Positions 1-12,180 of a DNA stretch of 64,000 nucleotides are shown here, in pieces (positions within the stretch are counted from its first letter, which is position 1; each line of letters starts with the position of its first letter). Position numbers and translations under genes: made by a program. Source of the stretch: Mobula hypostoma (Eukaryota); contig NC_086097.1 in assembly GCF_963921235.1 (NCBI RefSeq), positions 42,534,001-42,598,000 of the forward strand, read 5' to 3'. A model generated the notes under the pieces. It was given only the letters and a program-made list of their open reading frames with translations, was not told the origin of the DNA and did not search any database.

Positions 1-35
1 GACTGATTGGAGGACTGATTGGAGGACTGATTGGG
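1..35. repeat. 13-bp tandem repeat (GACTGATTGGGAG), ~2.7 copies, cut by window edge
   Basis: Read directly: gactgattgggag gactgattgggag gactgattg... Confidence 0.8.
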
Positions 36-186
36 AATTCAAGGAAAACTACAGTGCACTTTGCTGGTGCTTTGTTTTTAGCGTGTCGCACTAGTCAGTC
101 AGCCATTCTTTGTCTGGCATGTGGTGTCAGGATTGGTCTCCTTTCAGATTAACCGGGTCACGATATGAACGTTCCTGACCCAACCC

Positions 187-344
187 TTTTTTTTTTATGA
201 GGCTGAGTGGCTAGCTCGACGCTCAACCCGGCACGGATGGAAAGCGTTTTCGTGGGCGGGGGGGGGGGTGGCCTGACTTGGATTCGAACTCAGGAGCCTT
301 CGCTCTGGAGTCCGGTGCTGATGCCATTGCGCCACCAGCCAGCC
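187..344 (-). mobile_element. Short tRNA-derived SINE
   Basis: Minus strand begins GGCTGGCTGGTGGCGCAATGGCATC (Pol III A box) and has GAGTTCGAATCC (B box, 280-291). It ends in a poly(A) tail (T run 187-196) and retains CpGs. Confidence 0.75.
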
Positions 345-1249
345 TGTTGGTGCTGATCTTAAAGGGAGTGAATAAAAGAGGGGAGCATTGGACACTGAAG
401 TCAGGTTTCCACAGGAACACCTTCTACCTTGCCAATATACTTCAATTTACAGAATCTCCCACTAAATGTGAACTTTGGCAGAATCTGATATGGGCATGAA
501 GGAATGGAGTACACCCTCTCTTACACCATGGTATGTAACTCTCTGTTTATCCATGTCCTGAGTCAAATTTACTCCAGCTTGCTTCATTGTTTCATCTTCA
601 GTCAAATATTGCTACTTCAAGATTATCTATTTCATACTTCCACTGATCTGCACAGATATTGTAAAAGATTTTGCTCTTATTGTCTCTTATGTTAGAGTGT
701 GCCCCATCTGGTTGTTCATGATATCTCACCATTTCATCATTGTACTTAGTATGTTCAAGATGGAAAACTGCTTTGTTTGATATGCCTCCATAGCAAAGCT
801 TCTTCCATTTGAACATCTTGGAGTTGCTGATATCATCTGGAGGAGCAAATGTAAGAAGTGTTTAGGTGCACACTTTAACATTCACAAATCCATTTTCCTT
901 TATTAAAGAATTAGTTTCAAATGGAATACTTAATCTAGCAATTATCGGTATACTCGCTAACTACAGATCAGACAGATACTAGATTTCTCCCAGTTTCGGC
1001 AAATTTGCCCTTTACATAAGAAGAAAGCCAACAAATTAAAATGCAGCAACATACAAAGCACTGAAGGAATTCAGCATTTATTGATGCTGCCAGTCTTGAC
1101 CCAAAACATTAACTGTCCATTTCCCTCCATTGGTGCTGCCTGATCTGCTAAGTTCCTTCAATAAGTTTGCCTTCAATCTGTGGCTTGCTCCATATTCTGC
1201 TCTGTCTTGTATCACCAACAGATTAACATGATGTTCTCTTAGTTCAGGT

Positions 1250-2265
1250 GAGACTGTAACTGGATCATTGATTTCCTCACCAGGAGATCACAGTCTGTGC
1301 AGGTTGGAATTAACATCTCCTCCTCACTGACAATCAACACTGGTGCACCTCAAGGATGCATGCTTAGTGCACCGCTCTACTCTGTCTACACCCACGACTA
1401 TGTGGCTAGGTGCAGCTCAAACAACATCCCTAAATTTTCCAATGACACAATTATTGTTTCACTTGGTGATGAAGAGGCATACTGGAGTGAGATAGATCAG
1501 CTGGTTGACTGGTATTCTAACCACAACCTTCTACTCAAAGAATTGATTTTGGACTTCAGGAAGGGTAAGTCATGGGTCCTCATGAGGGATCAGAAGTGGA
1601 ATGGGTGAGCAGTTTCAGGCTTCTGGTTGTCAACTTCTGATGATCTATGCTGAGCCCAGCATATTGATGCAATTGCATAGAAGGCACATCAGCGGTGTAT
1701 TTCTCTCAGCATTTGAGGAGAATTGGTATGTCAAAGAGATTCACAGATTTTTACAGATGTACCAAGGAGAGCATTCTAACTGATTGCATCACTGTCTGGT
1801 ATGGAGGGACCACTTGCACAGGTTTGGAAAAAGCTGCAGAAAGTTGTAAACTCAGCCAGCTCCATCATGAGCACTATCCTCCACAGCATCCAGGACATCT
1901 TCGAAAGGTGATGCCTCAAAAAAAGGCGGTATCCATCATTAAGGACCGCCCATCATCCAGGACATGCCCTCTTCTCATTACTACCATCAGAAGGCAGGTA
2001 CAGGAGCCTGAAGACACACACTCAACATTTCAGGAACAGCTTCTTCCCCTCTGCCATCAGGTTTCTGAATGGAAAATGAACCCACAAACACTTCCTCAGT
2101 ACTTCTCCCTCTCTTCTTACACCGCTTATATAATTTATTTTTATATATACTTATTGTAATTTATAGTTTATATTACTATGTATTGCAATATACTGCTGCC
2201 ACAAAACAACAAATTTCACAATATATGCCAGTGGTATTAAACCTGATTCTGTTTCTTCTGATTCT
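1250..2265 (+). mobile_element. Rex1/Babar LINE, 3' fragment (decayed RT C-terminus)
   Basis: ORF 1297-1608 has [21 protein letters not shown] and ORF 1695-2159 has FYRCTKESILTDCITVWYG; (GATTCT)-like tail. Confidence 0.85.
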
Positions 2266-2518
2266 GGCTGTTCAACAATGTCCATAAATTAGATTTAAAT
2301 CTCCACACTGTGCTAGTCTTGACATAAAGGGACAGTGTACAAATGGTGATATTATGGAATGCGTATCATCTCTCTAAGCACCAAGTGACACCAGATCCAA
2401 CAAGAGCTAAAGAAATTGCCCAGGATTTACCATTTGGAAGTCAAGACTGAAGATGGCCAAAAAGATGAGCACAAACTGAGTCAATGCTTCTCCAGCAAAG
2501 GGCATTAAAGTATAAACT

Positions 2519-2590
2519 TTAATGGGTTGAGGAACAGATGTCTGGGAGAATCAAACTTTTCTCCCAGCCATCTGTTCCTCAACCCAATAA
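2519..2590. repeat. Near-perfect ~70-bp hairpin, MITE-like
   Basis: TTAATGGGTTGAGGAACAGATGTCTGGGAGAA pairs with TTCTCCCAGCCATCTGTTCCTCAACCCAATAA (32 bp, 2 mismatches, 8-nt loop). Confidence 0.9.
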
Positions 2591-4149
2591 CCTGCGAACT
2601 ACTCGAGCCACTAATGGCATGCTGTAGGTCTGTGAGGATCTTCTCCAGATAAAGAGAAGCAAATTCTGAAGGCAAAATGTATCAAATATTAATAATTCAA
2701 AAATAAATGTATTAAAAACCTTTTTTTTAGTTTCTGATTTATAAATCTTTAGGAATCATCAAATCATAGAACGGTACATCATAGAAGAACAATTAGCCCA
2801 TGGTACCCATGCAGATGTTAAATTCCTATATCTATTCTCTTTAGACATTCCTTTGCAACTGTTTTATTAATCTTTCTATTCATTAAATACCAATTTGAAA
2901 GTCATTTTTGAATCTATTGCTCTTTCATGCAGTGTACTCCACATCATAACAAGTTGCTAATCCAAGTACATTTCTCACAATGTCCACTGACTTCTGTTCC
3001 TTCTAGTACAGGAAACACACTTCTTCGCTTAAACTATTCCCAAACAAATATTATTCACTGACCAGTCTCTTTTAACCACTTCATTTCTAAGAAAAGCAAC
3101 CCAGTCTCTCTCCCCATGAGTGAAGTCCCTCAGCCCAAGGACCAGTATGGTATACCTCGTCTGCACTTTCCTGCAGACTTTAAAATCACTCTAACTGAGC
3201 TCTAAGCAGTTCAACACTTACACTTAATAAAGATAAACAAATTTCAATACTTTGTTTAGACAGCCTTCTAAACTATCTTGTCACCTTCAATGACAAGAAC
3301 GCGTGCATCCTAGTGTCTCTCCTCCATGGCCCAATTTTTATTTGTATGTTCTAGTTAAATATTTCCTCTTCGTACTTCCCTTAAAAAGTATATTGTATCA
3401 CTGCACATATGGACAGTTCTCCTTAGGGAAGAAAGTTAGGAGATTTAACAGTGAATCAATATGTGACCAAAGTGGTCTTCCTTGAGCAAATAAAGAGAAA
3501 TGGTTTCCTGTGCAAAAGTAGTCAAAGTGAGAGCACCTGTGAGCCGGCATTTCTCATTAACAAAATTGACTGATGGATGTGCAATTGTACATTTTATTTA
3601 TTGTACCTCTTTCAACAATTCCATTGCTCAAACATCATGGAACATTGACCCAGTTCATTTTCACGACTTATTTTAAATGCCGTTCTACACGTTTAGGAAC
3701 AGAAGCAATAGCATGTTAATGATGCCTCAGTGAATTATCTTGTGAATACAGGCCAGCCACAACTTTTTAGTGAGGAGCCAATGAATTTGAGCAGCTGTGC
3801 CCTTCCTGGAGAGTAGGATGTTAAGGTAGAGATTAGGTACAGTGAGTGGTGTTTGATGGGTTTGCAGAGTTTCCCTATAAGACAACTGAATATCATATGC
3901 GTGCCATATATTGCAAACATGCGTCAAGGGAAAGCAAATATACTGTATGTCTTGAGTGAAGGTCCAGAGGCAAGACAGTTGTCATTCAGGACATTGATGT
4001 TTGTTGTTTACCATCCAATAAGTGATGTTTAAATTAAAATAGACCACAAGGGCTGTTACTTGAAAGAAAGAATGTAGTGGCACAGTGGTGTACCAGAGTG
4101 AGCTGATACTACACAGCTCCAGGGATTCTGACTCCAGATGCAGGTTGTA

Positions 4150-6510
4150 CTCTATGATCACGTGGCAGGGGGACGGGAAGCAGAATGACAGGGCTGAGGA
4201 TGGGACAGTTGGTATACAAGTCAATGCACTGGCTAGTGAGACAGTGAGGATGGACAGGCAGATGACAGAGCATAATTACAGTCTGTGGGATGAGCTGAAC
4301 TGTAACATGGGGGCAAAATCAAAAAGGAAGACACCTGTAAGACTGAATGTGTTATATTTGAATGCACGCAGTATGCAGAATAAGGTAGATGATCTTATAG
4401 CACAGTTCGAGATTATGACGTTGTGGGCATCACAGTGAGTCATAGCTGAAAGAAGATTATAGGTGGGAGCTTAACATCCGAGGATACACATTGTATCAAA
4501 AGGACAGGCAGGTAGGCATAGGGGGTGGGGTGGCACTGTTGGTAAAAAATGAAATCAAATCCTTAGAAAGAGGTATCATATGATAAGAAGATGCAGAATC
4601 CTTGTGGGCAGAGTTAAGAAACGGCAAAGGTAAAAAGACCCTGTTGGAAGTTATATACAGGCTTTCGAAAAGTAGCCAGGATGTGAGATATAAATTACAA
4701 CAGGAGATAGAAAATGCATGTGAAAAGGACAATGTTACAATAGTCATGGAGAATTTCAATAATCAGATAGAGTGGGAAAATCAGGTTGGTACTAGATCCC
4801 ATGAGAGGGAACTTGTAGAATGTCTATGAGATGGCTTTTTAGAGCAGCTTGTGGCTGAGACCACTAGAGGAATGACAATTCTGGATTGTGTATTATGTAG
4901 TGAACCAGATTTTATTAGGGAGCTTAGGGTAGTGAGACCCTTAGGAGGCAGTGATCATAATATGATAGAATTCACCCTGCAGTTTGAGAGGGAGAAACTA
5001 AAGTCAGATGTGTTAGTATTACAATAGACTAAGTAGAATTACAGAGGCATGAGACAGGAGTTGGAAGAGGACACTATCATGGAAGACAGCTAAACAGCAA
5101 TGGCTTGAGTTTCTGGGAGCAATTCAGAAGGCACAGGATAGATATAGTACATCCCAAAGATGAAGAAGTATTCAAAAGGAAGGATGAGGCAACCATGGCT
5201 GACAAGGGAAGTCAAAGACAGCATAAAATCAAAAAAGAAGGTATATGACAGAGCAAAAATTAGTAGGAAGGCAGAGGATTGGGAAGTTTTTAAAAACCAA
5301 TGGAAGACAATTAAAAAAGCCACAAAGAGAGAAAAGATGAACTATAAAGGTAATCCAGCCAAATATATAAAAGAAGATACCAGAAGTTTTTCTCAGATAT
5401 ATAAAGAGTAAGAAAAGAGGCAAGAGTGAATATTGGACCAATGGGAAATGATGCTGGAGAGATAGTAATAGGAGACAAAGAAAAAGCAGATGAACTTCAT
5501 AAGTATTTTGATTTTGTATGAGTCTTCACACTGGATGGCACTTTCAATATGCCAGAAATTTGAGATCGGGGTTAGAGGTGAATGTAGCTGCTATGCCTAA
5601 GGAGAAAGCTGAAAGGTCTGAAGGCTGATAAGTCACCTAGACCAGATAGACTACACTCAAGGGTTCGGAAAGAGATACAGCAGCTGAAAAAATTGTGGAG
5701 GCATTCGTAATGCTCTTTCAAGAATCACTAGATTCTGGAATGGTTCTAGAGGAGTGGAAAACTACAAACGTAACTCTACTCTTGAAGATGGGAGAAAGGC
5801 AGAAGAAAGGAAATTATAGGCCACACACACAAAATGCTGGAGGAACTTAGCAGGCCAGAAAGCACCCATGGAAAAAAGAACAGTCGACGCTTCAGGCCAA
5901 GACCCTTCGGCAGGATGCTGCTGGCCTGCTGAGTTCCTCCAGCATTTTGTGTGTGTTGCTCAGATTTACAGCATCTGCAGATTTTCTCTTGTTTGAAATT
6001 ATAGGCCAGTTAGCCTGACTTCAATGGTTGGGAAGATTATCAAGGATAAGGTATCAGGGTTCTTAGAGACACACAATAAAGTAAGCCAAAGTTAACACAG
6101 TTTACAAAGGGAAGATCTTACCTGACAACCCTGTTGGAATTCATTGAGGAAATAAGAGACAGCACATACAAGGAAAGTTAGTAGATGTTGTTTACTTTGA
6201 TTTTCAGAAGGTTTTTGACAAGGTACCACACATGAGACTGCTTAACAAGTTAAGACCCCAATGTAATTACAAGAAAGATGCTCGCAGAAGATTGGCTGAC
6301 TGGCAGGAGGCAAAGAGTGGGAATAAAGGGGATCTGTTCTGGTTGGTTGCTGTTCTGGTGTGCCACAGAGGTTGGTGTTGGGACACCTTCTTTTCAAGTT
6401 AAATGTCAACGATTTGGATGACGTAATTGATCGTTTTGTGACCAGGTTTGGTGATAAATAGAAGATAGGGGGACGGGCAGGTCGTGTTGAGGAAAGAGAG
6501 AGTCTGCAGA
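4150..6510 (+). mobile_element. CR1 LINE fragment (APE endonuclease and RT, decayed)
   Basis: LNVLYLNARSMQNKVDDL (APE start), WAELRNGKGKKTLLEVIYR, QPWLTREVKDSI, and DFQKVFDKVPH-type RT motif near 6195-6235. Confidence 0.9.
5824..5994. mobile_element. 171-bp PLE-derived fold-back mini-element inserted in CR1
   Basis: TSD GAAATTATAGGCCA at 5810-5823 and 5995-6008; inverted arms 5824-5857 and 5921-5955; decayed hammerhead on the minus strand at ~5882-5915. Confidence 0.85.
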
Positions 6511-8436
6511 AGGAGATTACATATAGAGAAATAAGTGGGGGAATGGGACAGGCGGGGATGTTCTAAGACTCAATGCCCAATTGGCCTCTAGCCACGCTTG
6601 AGAAAACATGAGATAATAAATGTCAGAATGACGCCCAGAAGATGAATCACTGCAGTGCTGAGGCAAATAAAAATCTTCCAGCATTTTCCTAATTATGCGC
6701 AGCTAAGCTTGTCGTTATTAATTTTTACAATTTGGTAATAAAGGTCCTTTTTTCCATTTCTGACTGCACCTAATGATGTCGGGAATACTTCTCCCAGCAG
6801 GTCTCATCAAACATTGTACAATATCCCAATTAACAGAATCAAAATTCCACTAAATTGCAGATAAACATGTTTATTGCTTAAAATGCTAATTAAATAAATA
6901 ATGTTTGGAGGTTGAGAATAGGCAGCTGCTGCTTTTTTGTGTAATTAGACAAACAGAGTAAAGGAGCTTGTCAGCTGCTGCCCTGGACTTCCCATTGAGC
7001 TGTATCCCTATAGGACTGTAACTAGGGAAGAAGTCACTGCATTCATAACTGAGTGAATATTCGCATCAATATGTTCATGGATGAATTGGAGGCAGGAGAG
7101 GATTTATGACTTACTTACCACAAAAGGAGGAAGATACATGCAGTCCCTCACTGGCACACAATGAATGGATCCCATCTGCCCCATTTTCTCTCCTTATTTG
7201 CCCTGCAAGTTGTTCTCTCTCACACACACCTCTCAATTCCCCTATTGATTCTTTTGTCACTTACTTAATGTAGGAGCAAACTGAAAGATCACACGGAGTT
7301 GGTGCTCAGAATAACAGGTGACTTATTAAGAAAACTGGTGACCTCCAAGAGACCAGTCAAAACTGATCAACCTGAGCATGAATTGATACAGCTTTTACAT
7401 TCTCAGTTGATGGCATTACCAAAAAAAAACTACATTTTGGTAACAGAATGGTGGTTACAGAAATTCTTAATTAAGTAACATACTAGGTCCTAATTACAGA
7501 ATGCAATGATTATCCTTAGGTCTGCTAGTAAATCCAATTTTCTGTTACAACAATGGATGCACGTAATAACGTTCTGTAATTAATGAAATGTCTGAAACTT
7601 GCATGCCATGTGTCTACTTCTAGGCTTTGTCTATAGTTCCCTGTTACCACATCGGCACAATCTACATCCCAATTTACTGGCTAAAAACCCTTACTATTCT
7701 TACCCCTCCAGCATGACACTGAGGTGCGGTAAACCTACAGCAACCAATTAATCCAAAATGTATTTTTGTGGTATGGGACGAAACCCATCAGAGACTTGGG
7801 AAATCACAAGAAGGATACGTAGACATGTCAGGGTCGAACCCAGGTCCCTGGATCTATGAGGTGGTAGAGCTAACTGCTCAGTCACCATTCAGTTAGATAT
7901 TGGACCAAACCTTCTGAGGGTTTGCCAGCAGCTACCACTGTCACTGTTGGCACTTATAGATCTTTCTGGCCAGAAGACAGCCACGCAGGTGAAGCACTTT
8001 CCCTGTCTGGCTCTTGTTCATCTTTCTGTAGATCTGCCTACAAATCTGAGCTCTCTCTAGACCACAGCTCCAAGTGGAAGCTCCTGAGCCTTAAGATGGC
8101 TGACAAGTTCTACTGCTGGGGTTTCTGAATACTGTAGTGCTGGTATGAAGAAAGTGGTATCACAGGTTTTCCAGTTGCCACAGTTACTCAGTCCCAGGTT
8201 TTCTTCAAGGAGTTTCCAGCCTTACATATGGGCTTTGTCCTGCGTGTTCTATATTTATGATGATTATGAAGACACACAGTCCTCGTTTATTGCCATTTAG
8301 TAATGCATGCATTAAGAAATGATACATTATTTCCTCCCAAACAACAGGAATTCTGCAGATGCTGGAAATTCAAGCAACACACATCAAAGTTGCTGGTGAA
8401 CGCAGCAGGCCAGGCAGCATCTGTAGGAAGAGGTGC

Positions 8437-8472
8437 AGTCGACGTTTCAGGCCGAGACCCTTCGTCAGGACT
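8437..8472 (-). ncRNA. Minimal type I hammerhead ribozyme motif, intact core
   Basis: Minus strand reads AGTC CTGACGA A GGGTCTCGGCCT GAAA CGTC GACT: stem I AGUC/GACU, CUGANGA, stem II, GAAA, GUC cleavage triplet. Confidence 0.85.
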
Positions 8473-9899
8473 AACTGAAGGAAGAATGAGTAAGGGATTT
8501 GAAAGTTGGAGGGGGAGGGGGAGATCCAAAATGATAGGAGAAGACAGAAGGGGGAGGGATAGAACCAAGAGCTGGACAAAGGAGTTGCGTAGGGAGCGAT
8601 CCCTGCGGAATGCAGAGGGGGGCGGAGGGAAAGATGTGCTTAGTGGTGGGATCCCGTTGGAGGTGGCGGAAGTTACGGAGAATAATATGTTGGACCCGGA
8701 GGCTGGTGGGGTGGTAGGTGAGGACCAGGGGAACCCTATTCCTATTGGGGTGGCGGGAGGATGGAGTGAGAGCAGATGTACGTGAAATGGGGGAGATGCA
8801 TTTAAGAGCAGAGTTGATAATGGAGGAAGGGAAGCCCCTTTCTTTAAAAAAGGAAGACATCTCCCTCGTCCTAGAATGAAAAGCCTCATCCTGAGAGCAG
8901 ATGCGGCGGAGATGGAGGAATTGCGAGAAGGGGATGGTGTTTTTGCAAGAGACAGGTTGAGAAGAGGAATAGGTTTCACTAGGAATAGGGTTCCCCTGGT
9001 CCTCACCTACCACCCCACCAGCCTCCGGGTCCAACATATTATTCTCCGTAACTTCCACCACCTCCAACGAGATCCCACCACTAAGCACATCTTTCCCTCC
9101 CCCCCTCTCTCTGCATTCCGCAGGGATCGCTCCCTACGCAACTCCCTTGTCCATTCGTCCCCCCCATCCCTCCCCACTGATCTCCCTCCTGGTACTTAAC
9201 CGTGTAAGCGGAACAAGTGCTACACATGCCCTTACACTTCCTCCCTTAACACCATTCAGGGCCCCAAACAGTCCTTCCAGGTGAGGCAACACTTCACCTG
9301 TGAGTCGACTGGGGTGATATACTGCGTCCGGTGCTCCCGATGTGGCCTTTTGTATATTGGCGAGACCCGACGCAGACTGGGAGACCGCTTTGCTGAACAT
9401 CTATGCTCTGTCTGCCAGAGAAAGCAGGATCTCCCAGTGGCCACATATTTTAATTCCACATCCCATTCCCATTCTGACATGTCTATCCACGGCCTCCTCT
9501 ACTGTAAAGATGAAGCCACACTCAGGATGGAGGAACAACACCTTATATTCCGTCTGGGTAGCCTCCAACCCCTTGGCATGAACATCGACTTCTCTAACTT
9601 CCGCTAAGGCCCCACCTCCCCCTCGTACCCCATCTGTTACTTATTTTTTATGCACACATTCTTTCTCTCACTCTCCTTTTTCTCCCTCTGTCCCTCTGAA
9701 TATACCTCTTGCCCATCCTCTGGGACCCCCCCCCATCTTTCTTCCCGGACCTCCTGTCCCATGATCCTCTCGTATCCCCTTTTGCCTATCACCTGTCCAG
9801 CTCTTGGCTCTATCCCTCCCCCTCCTGTCTTCTCCTATCATTTTGGATCTCCCCCTCCCCCTCCAACTTTCAAATCCCTTACTCACTCTTCCTTCAGTT

Positions 9900-9935
9900 A
9901 GTCCTGACGAAGGGTCTCGGCCTGAAACGTCAACT
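9900..9935 (+). ncRNA. Minimal hammerhead ribozyme motif (core intact, one stem I mismatch)
   Basis: AGTCCTGACGAAGGGTCTCGGCCTGAAACGTCAACT. Confidence 0.78.
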
Positions 9936-10559
9936 GCACCTCTTCCTACAGATGCTGCCTGGCCTGCTGTGTTCACCAGCAACTTTGATGTGTGTTACAT
10001 TATTTCCTCCAGTGTGATATCACAAAACACAGGACAAACCAAGACTGAAAAAACTGACAAAACCACATAATTATAACAGATAGTTAGAACAGTGCACAAT
10101 ACCATAACTTGATGAAGAAGTTCGTGAGCACAGTAAAGTTCCAAGTTTCTCAAATGTCCCACATCTCACGCAGACGGGAGAGGGAAGAAAAACTCTCCCT
10201 GCCATGCCGACCACAATCTGACTCTGAGTCATCAGAAAACTTCGAGCTCTGATCAGCTCTCCGACACCGAGTACCCAGCGCCATCTCTGTCCAAGTGATT
10301 CAACCTCCTTCTCGGTCGCCAAAAGCAGGCAAGGCCGGGGATTTTGAGGCCTACCCTCCGAAAGATTCCCGACCACACGGTAACGACAGCAGTGAACGGG
10401 CGTTTCAGAAATTTCTCCAGATGTTCCTCTGTGCTTTCACGTCCATTCTCCATCAAATCAGAATTGTCCACGGCCCCCATTTAACAGATACGATATCATT
10501 TTCACCGGAGAGCTGCTCACGCACGGCGCGCTGCTCTCTCTCCTCCATTTTGATGCAAC

Positions 10560-11030
10560 ACTTCAAAGTTCGAAGTAAATTTATTATCGAAGTAAACTTA
10601 TCCTACCATATAGTACATTGAGATTAATTTTCTTGGGTGCATTTACAGAAAAGAAAAAGAAATACAACATAATTAGACAAGACTGACGAACAACCATTGT
10701 GCAAAAGAGGACAAACTGTGCAAATGAAAAAAACTGAGAACAAGAGTTGTGAAGAGTCTTTGCAAGTGAGCCTGTAGGTCACAGAGTCACTTCAGAGAGG
10801 TGGTGATTGAATTTATCCATTTGGTTCAGGAATCAGATGGTTGTAGGGTAGCGATTGTTCCTGAACCTAGTGGCATGAGCCTAAGGCTTCTGCACCTCTT
10901 CCTCGATGGTAGTTGTCAAAAGAGGGCATGGTAGGGGTCTTTCATGGTGGGTGCTGCCTTGTTGTGGCAGCACTCCATGTAAATGTACTCAAGTGGTGAG
11001 AGGGCTTTGCCAGTGATGGACTGGAGATTA
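10560..11030 (-). mobile_element. Rex1/Babar-type LINE 3' end
   Basis: Reverse-complement similarity to the 3' regions of the other Rex1 copies (HPGHALF..LPSGRR-type segment, ending in a (GAACTT) tail). Confidence 0.65.
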
Positions 11031-11599
11031 CCTGGGCCACAGTCAGTCAGCATGTAAGGTTCCGATTGTAAATGGAGGCTCCTAACGGTTTAAGGTTTAC
11101 CTTTTCCCAATGCGTCTACTCTGTTACTTTGATGGACATTATTCAGTCTGCCCTTATTTATCAGTGGTCGTGCCACATCGAGGAACAAACAGGACAATAG
11201 TATGCTGAAGGGATGGAGCTGAAGCCTCGTCAGGAGGACAGGTTAGCCACTCAGTTACTCAAATAAATGGAGTTGATTTGTTGTTAACAACCCAATGGAC
11301 CAGAGGGTACAAGGAAAGGTTGGACAAACATGGATTTTTTTTTTTCTGGAGTGACTGAGGCTAAGGGGTTGCTTCATACTAAATTATCAGATACATTGAT
11401 AGGGTAGATAGTCAAAGCCTTTTTCCTAAGATATAAATGTCAAATATTTGACGGCGTGTTTAAATTTGAAGGATTAAGAGATTTTACATAGAGAGTAGTC
11501 AAAATCAGCAACTGTTAAGTTCACATTGACTATCAAGCACTAAATCAAACCAGATTCTACCACTTATCAACTCTCCAGGGGCAATTAATGGTGACCAAT

Positions 11600-11760
11600 A
11601 TACTTGCCAACCTACGTGTCTTCTGGAGGTGGGAGGAAACTGCAGTGTTCAATGGAAACCTGTACAACCAAAGGGAGAATACAGAAACTGCACACAGATA
11701 TCAGAGACCAGGATTGAACCTGGGTCACTAGTGGCAGCACAACCTGCAGTGCCACCTGAG
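11600..11760 (-). mobile_element. tRNA-derived SINE remnant
   Basis: GTGGGAGGAAAC core shared with other SINE copies; B-box-like GGTTCAATCC on the minus strand. Confidence 0.6.
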
Positions 11761-11914
11761 AAAAAGTAACTCTATTTCTACTGGGAGAAGTTGATATACT
11801 TTCCAATCATCATTTATTTCTCCTCTACTCTTCCAAACAAGTCTGTTTTGTGATTAAATTGACAAGCTCCATATTGTCTCTAACTTAAGCACCAGGACCA
11901 ATTTGACCCCGTAC

Positions 11915-12180
11915 TGCCATCTTAGCGCAGCAGTTAGCACAATACTTTGCAGCATCAGCTGTGAGATCGGGGTTCAGTTCCCACCACTGTCTGTGACCAG
12001 GTGGGGTTCTTCTAGGTGCTCTGGTTTCCTCCCACATTCCAAAGACATGTGGTTCGGATTAGTGCGTTGTGGCCCAGAAATGTGGCGACACTCGTGGGCT
12101 GCCCAACACATTCCTCGCTGATTTGGTTTGATGCAAGTGGAGCACTTCATTCCATGTTTCGATGTGCTTGTGACAAATAA
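11915..12180 (+). mobile_element. tRNA-derived SINE; tail interrupted by the RTE and resuming at ~13031
   Basis: A-box-like TAGCGCAGCAGTTAGC, B-box-like GGTTCAGTTCC, and GGTTTCCTCCCACATTCCAAAGAC core. Confidence 0.75.

Larger units (their letters stand above)
8338..9995. mobile_element. Neptune-type Penelope-like element, fold-back insertion
   Basis: TSD TACATTATTTCCTCC at 8323-8337 and 9996-10010. Inverted terminal repeats. Minus-strand RT tail (IPFSQFLHLRRICS). Plus-strand Cys linker (PCKRNKCYTCP) and GIY-YIG domain (VIYCVRCSRCGLLYIGETRRRLGDRFAEH, ORF 9281-9607). Confidence 0.92.
8258..10545 (-). mobile_element. Non-autonomous GC-rich retroposon split by the PLE (parts 8258-8337 and 10011-10545)
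   Basis: Sequence is continuous across the PLE TSD; CpG-rich 5' part; LINE-like 3' tail with AATAAA and (ATC/ATA) repeats; no coding capacity. Confidence 0.5.

Noticed and set aside
8287..9006. 239-aa and overlapping ORFs as novel genes
   Set aside because: They are alternative or antisense frames of the PLE and its C/T-rich terminal repeat; the same peptides recur at every copy.
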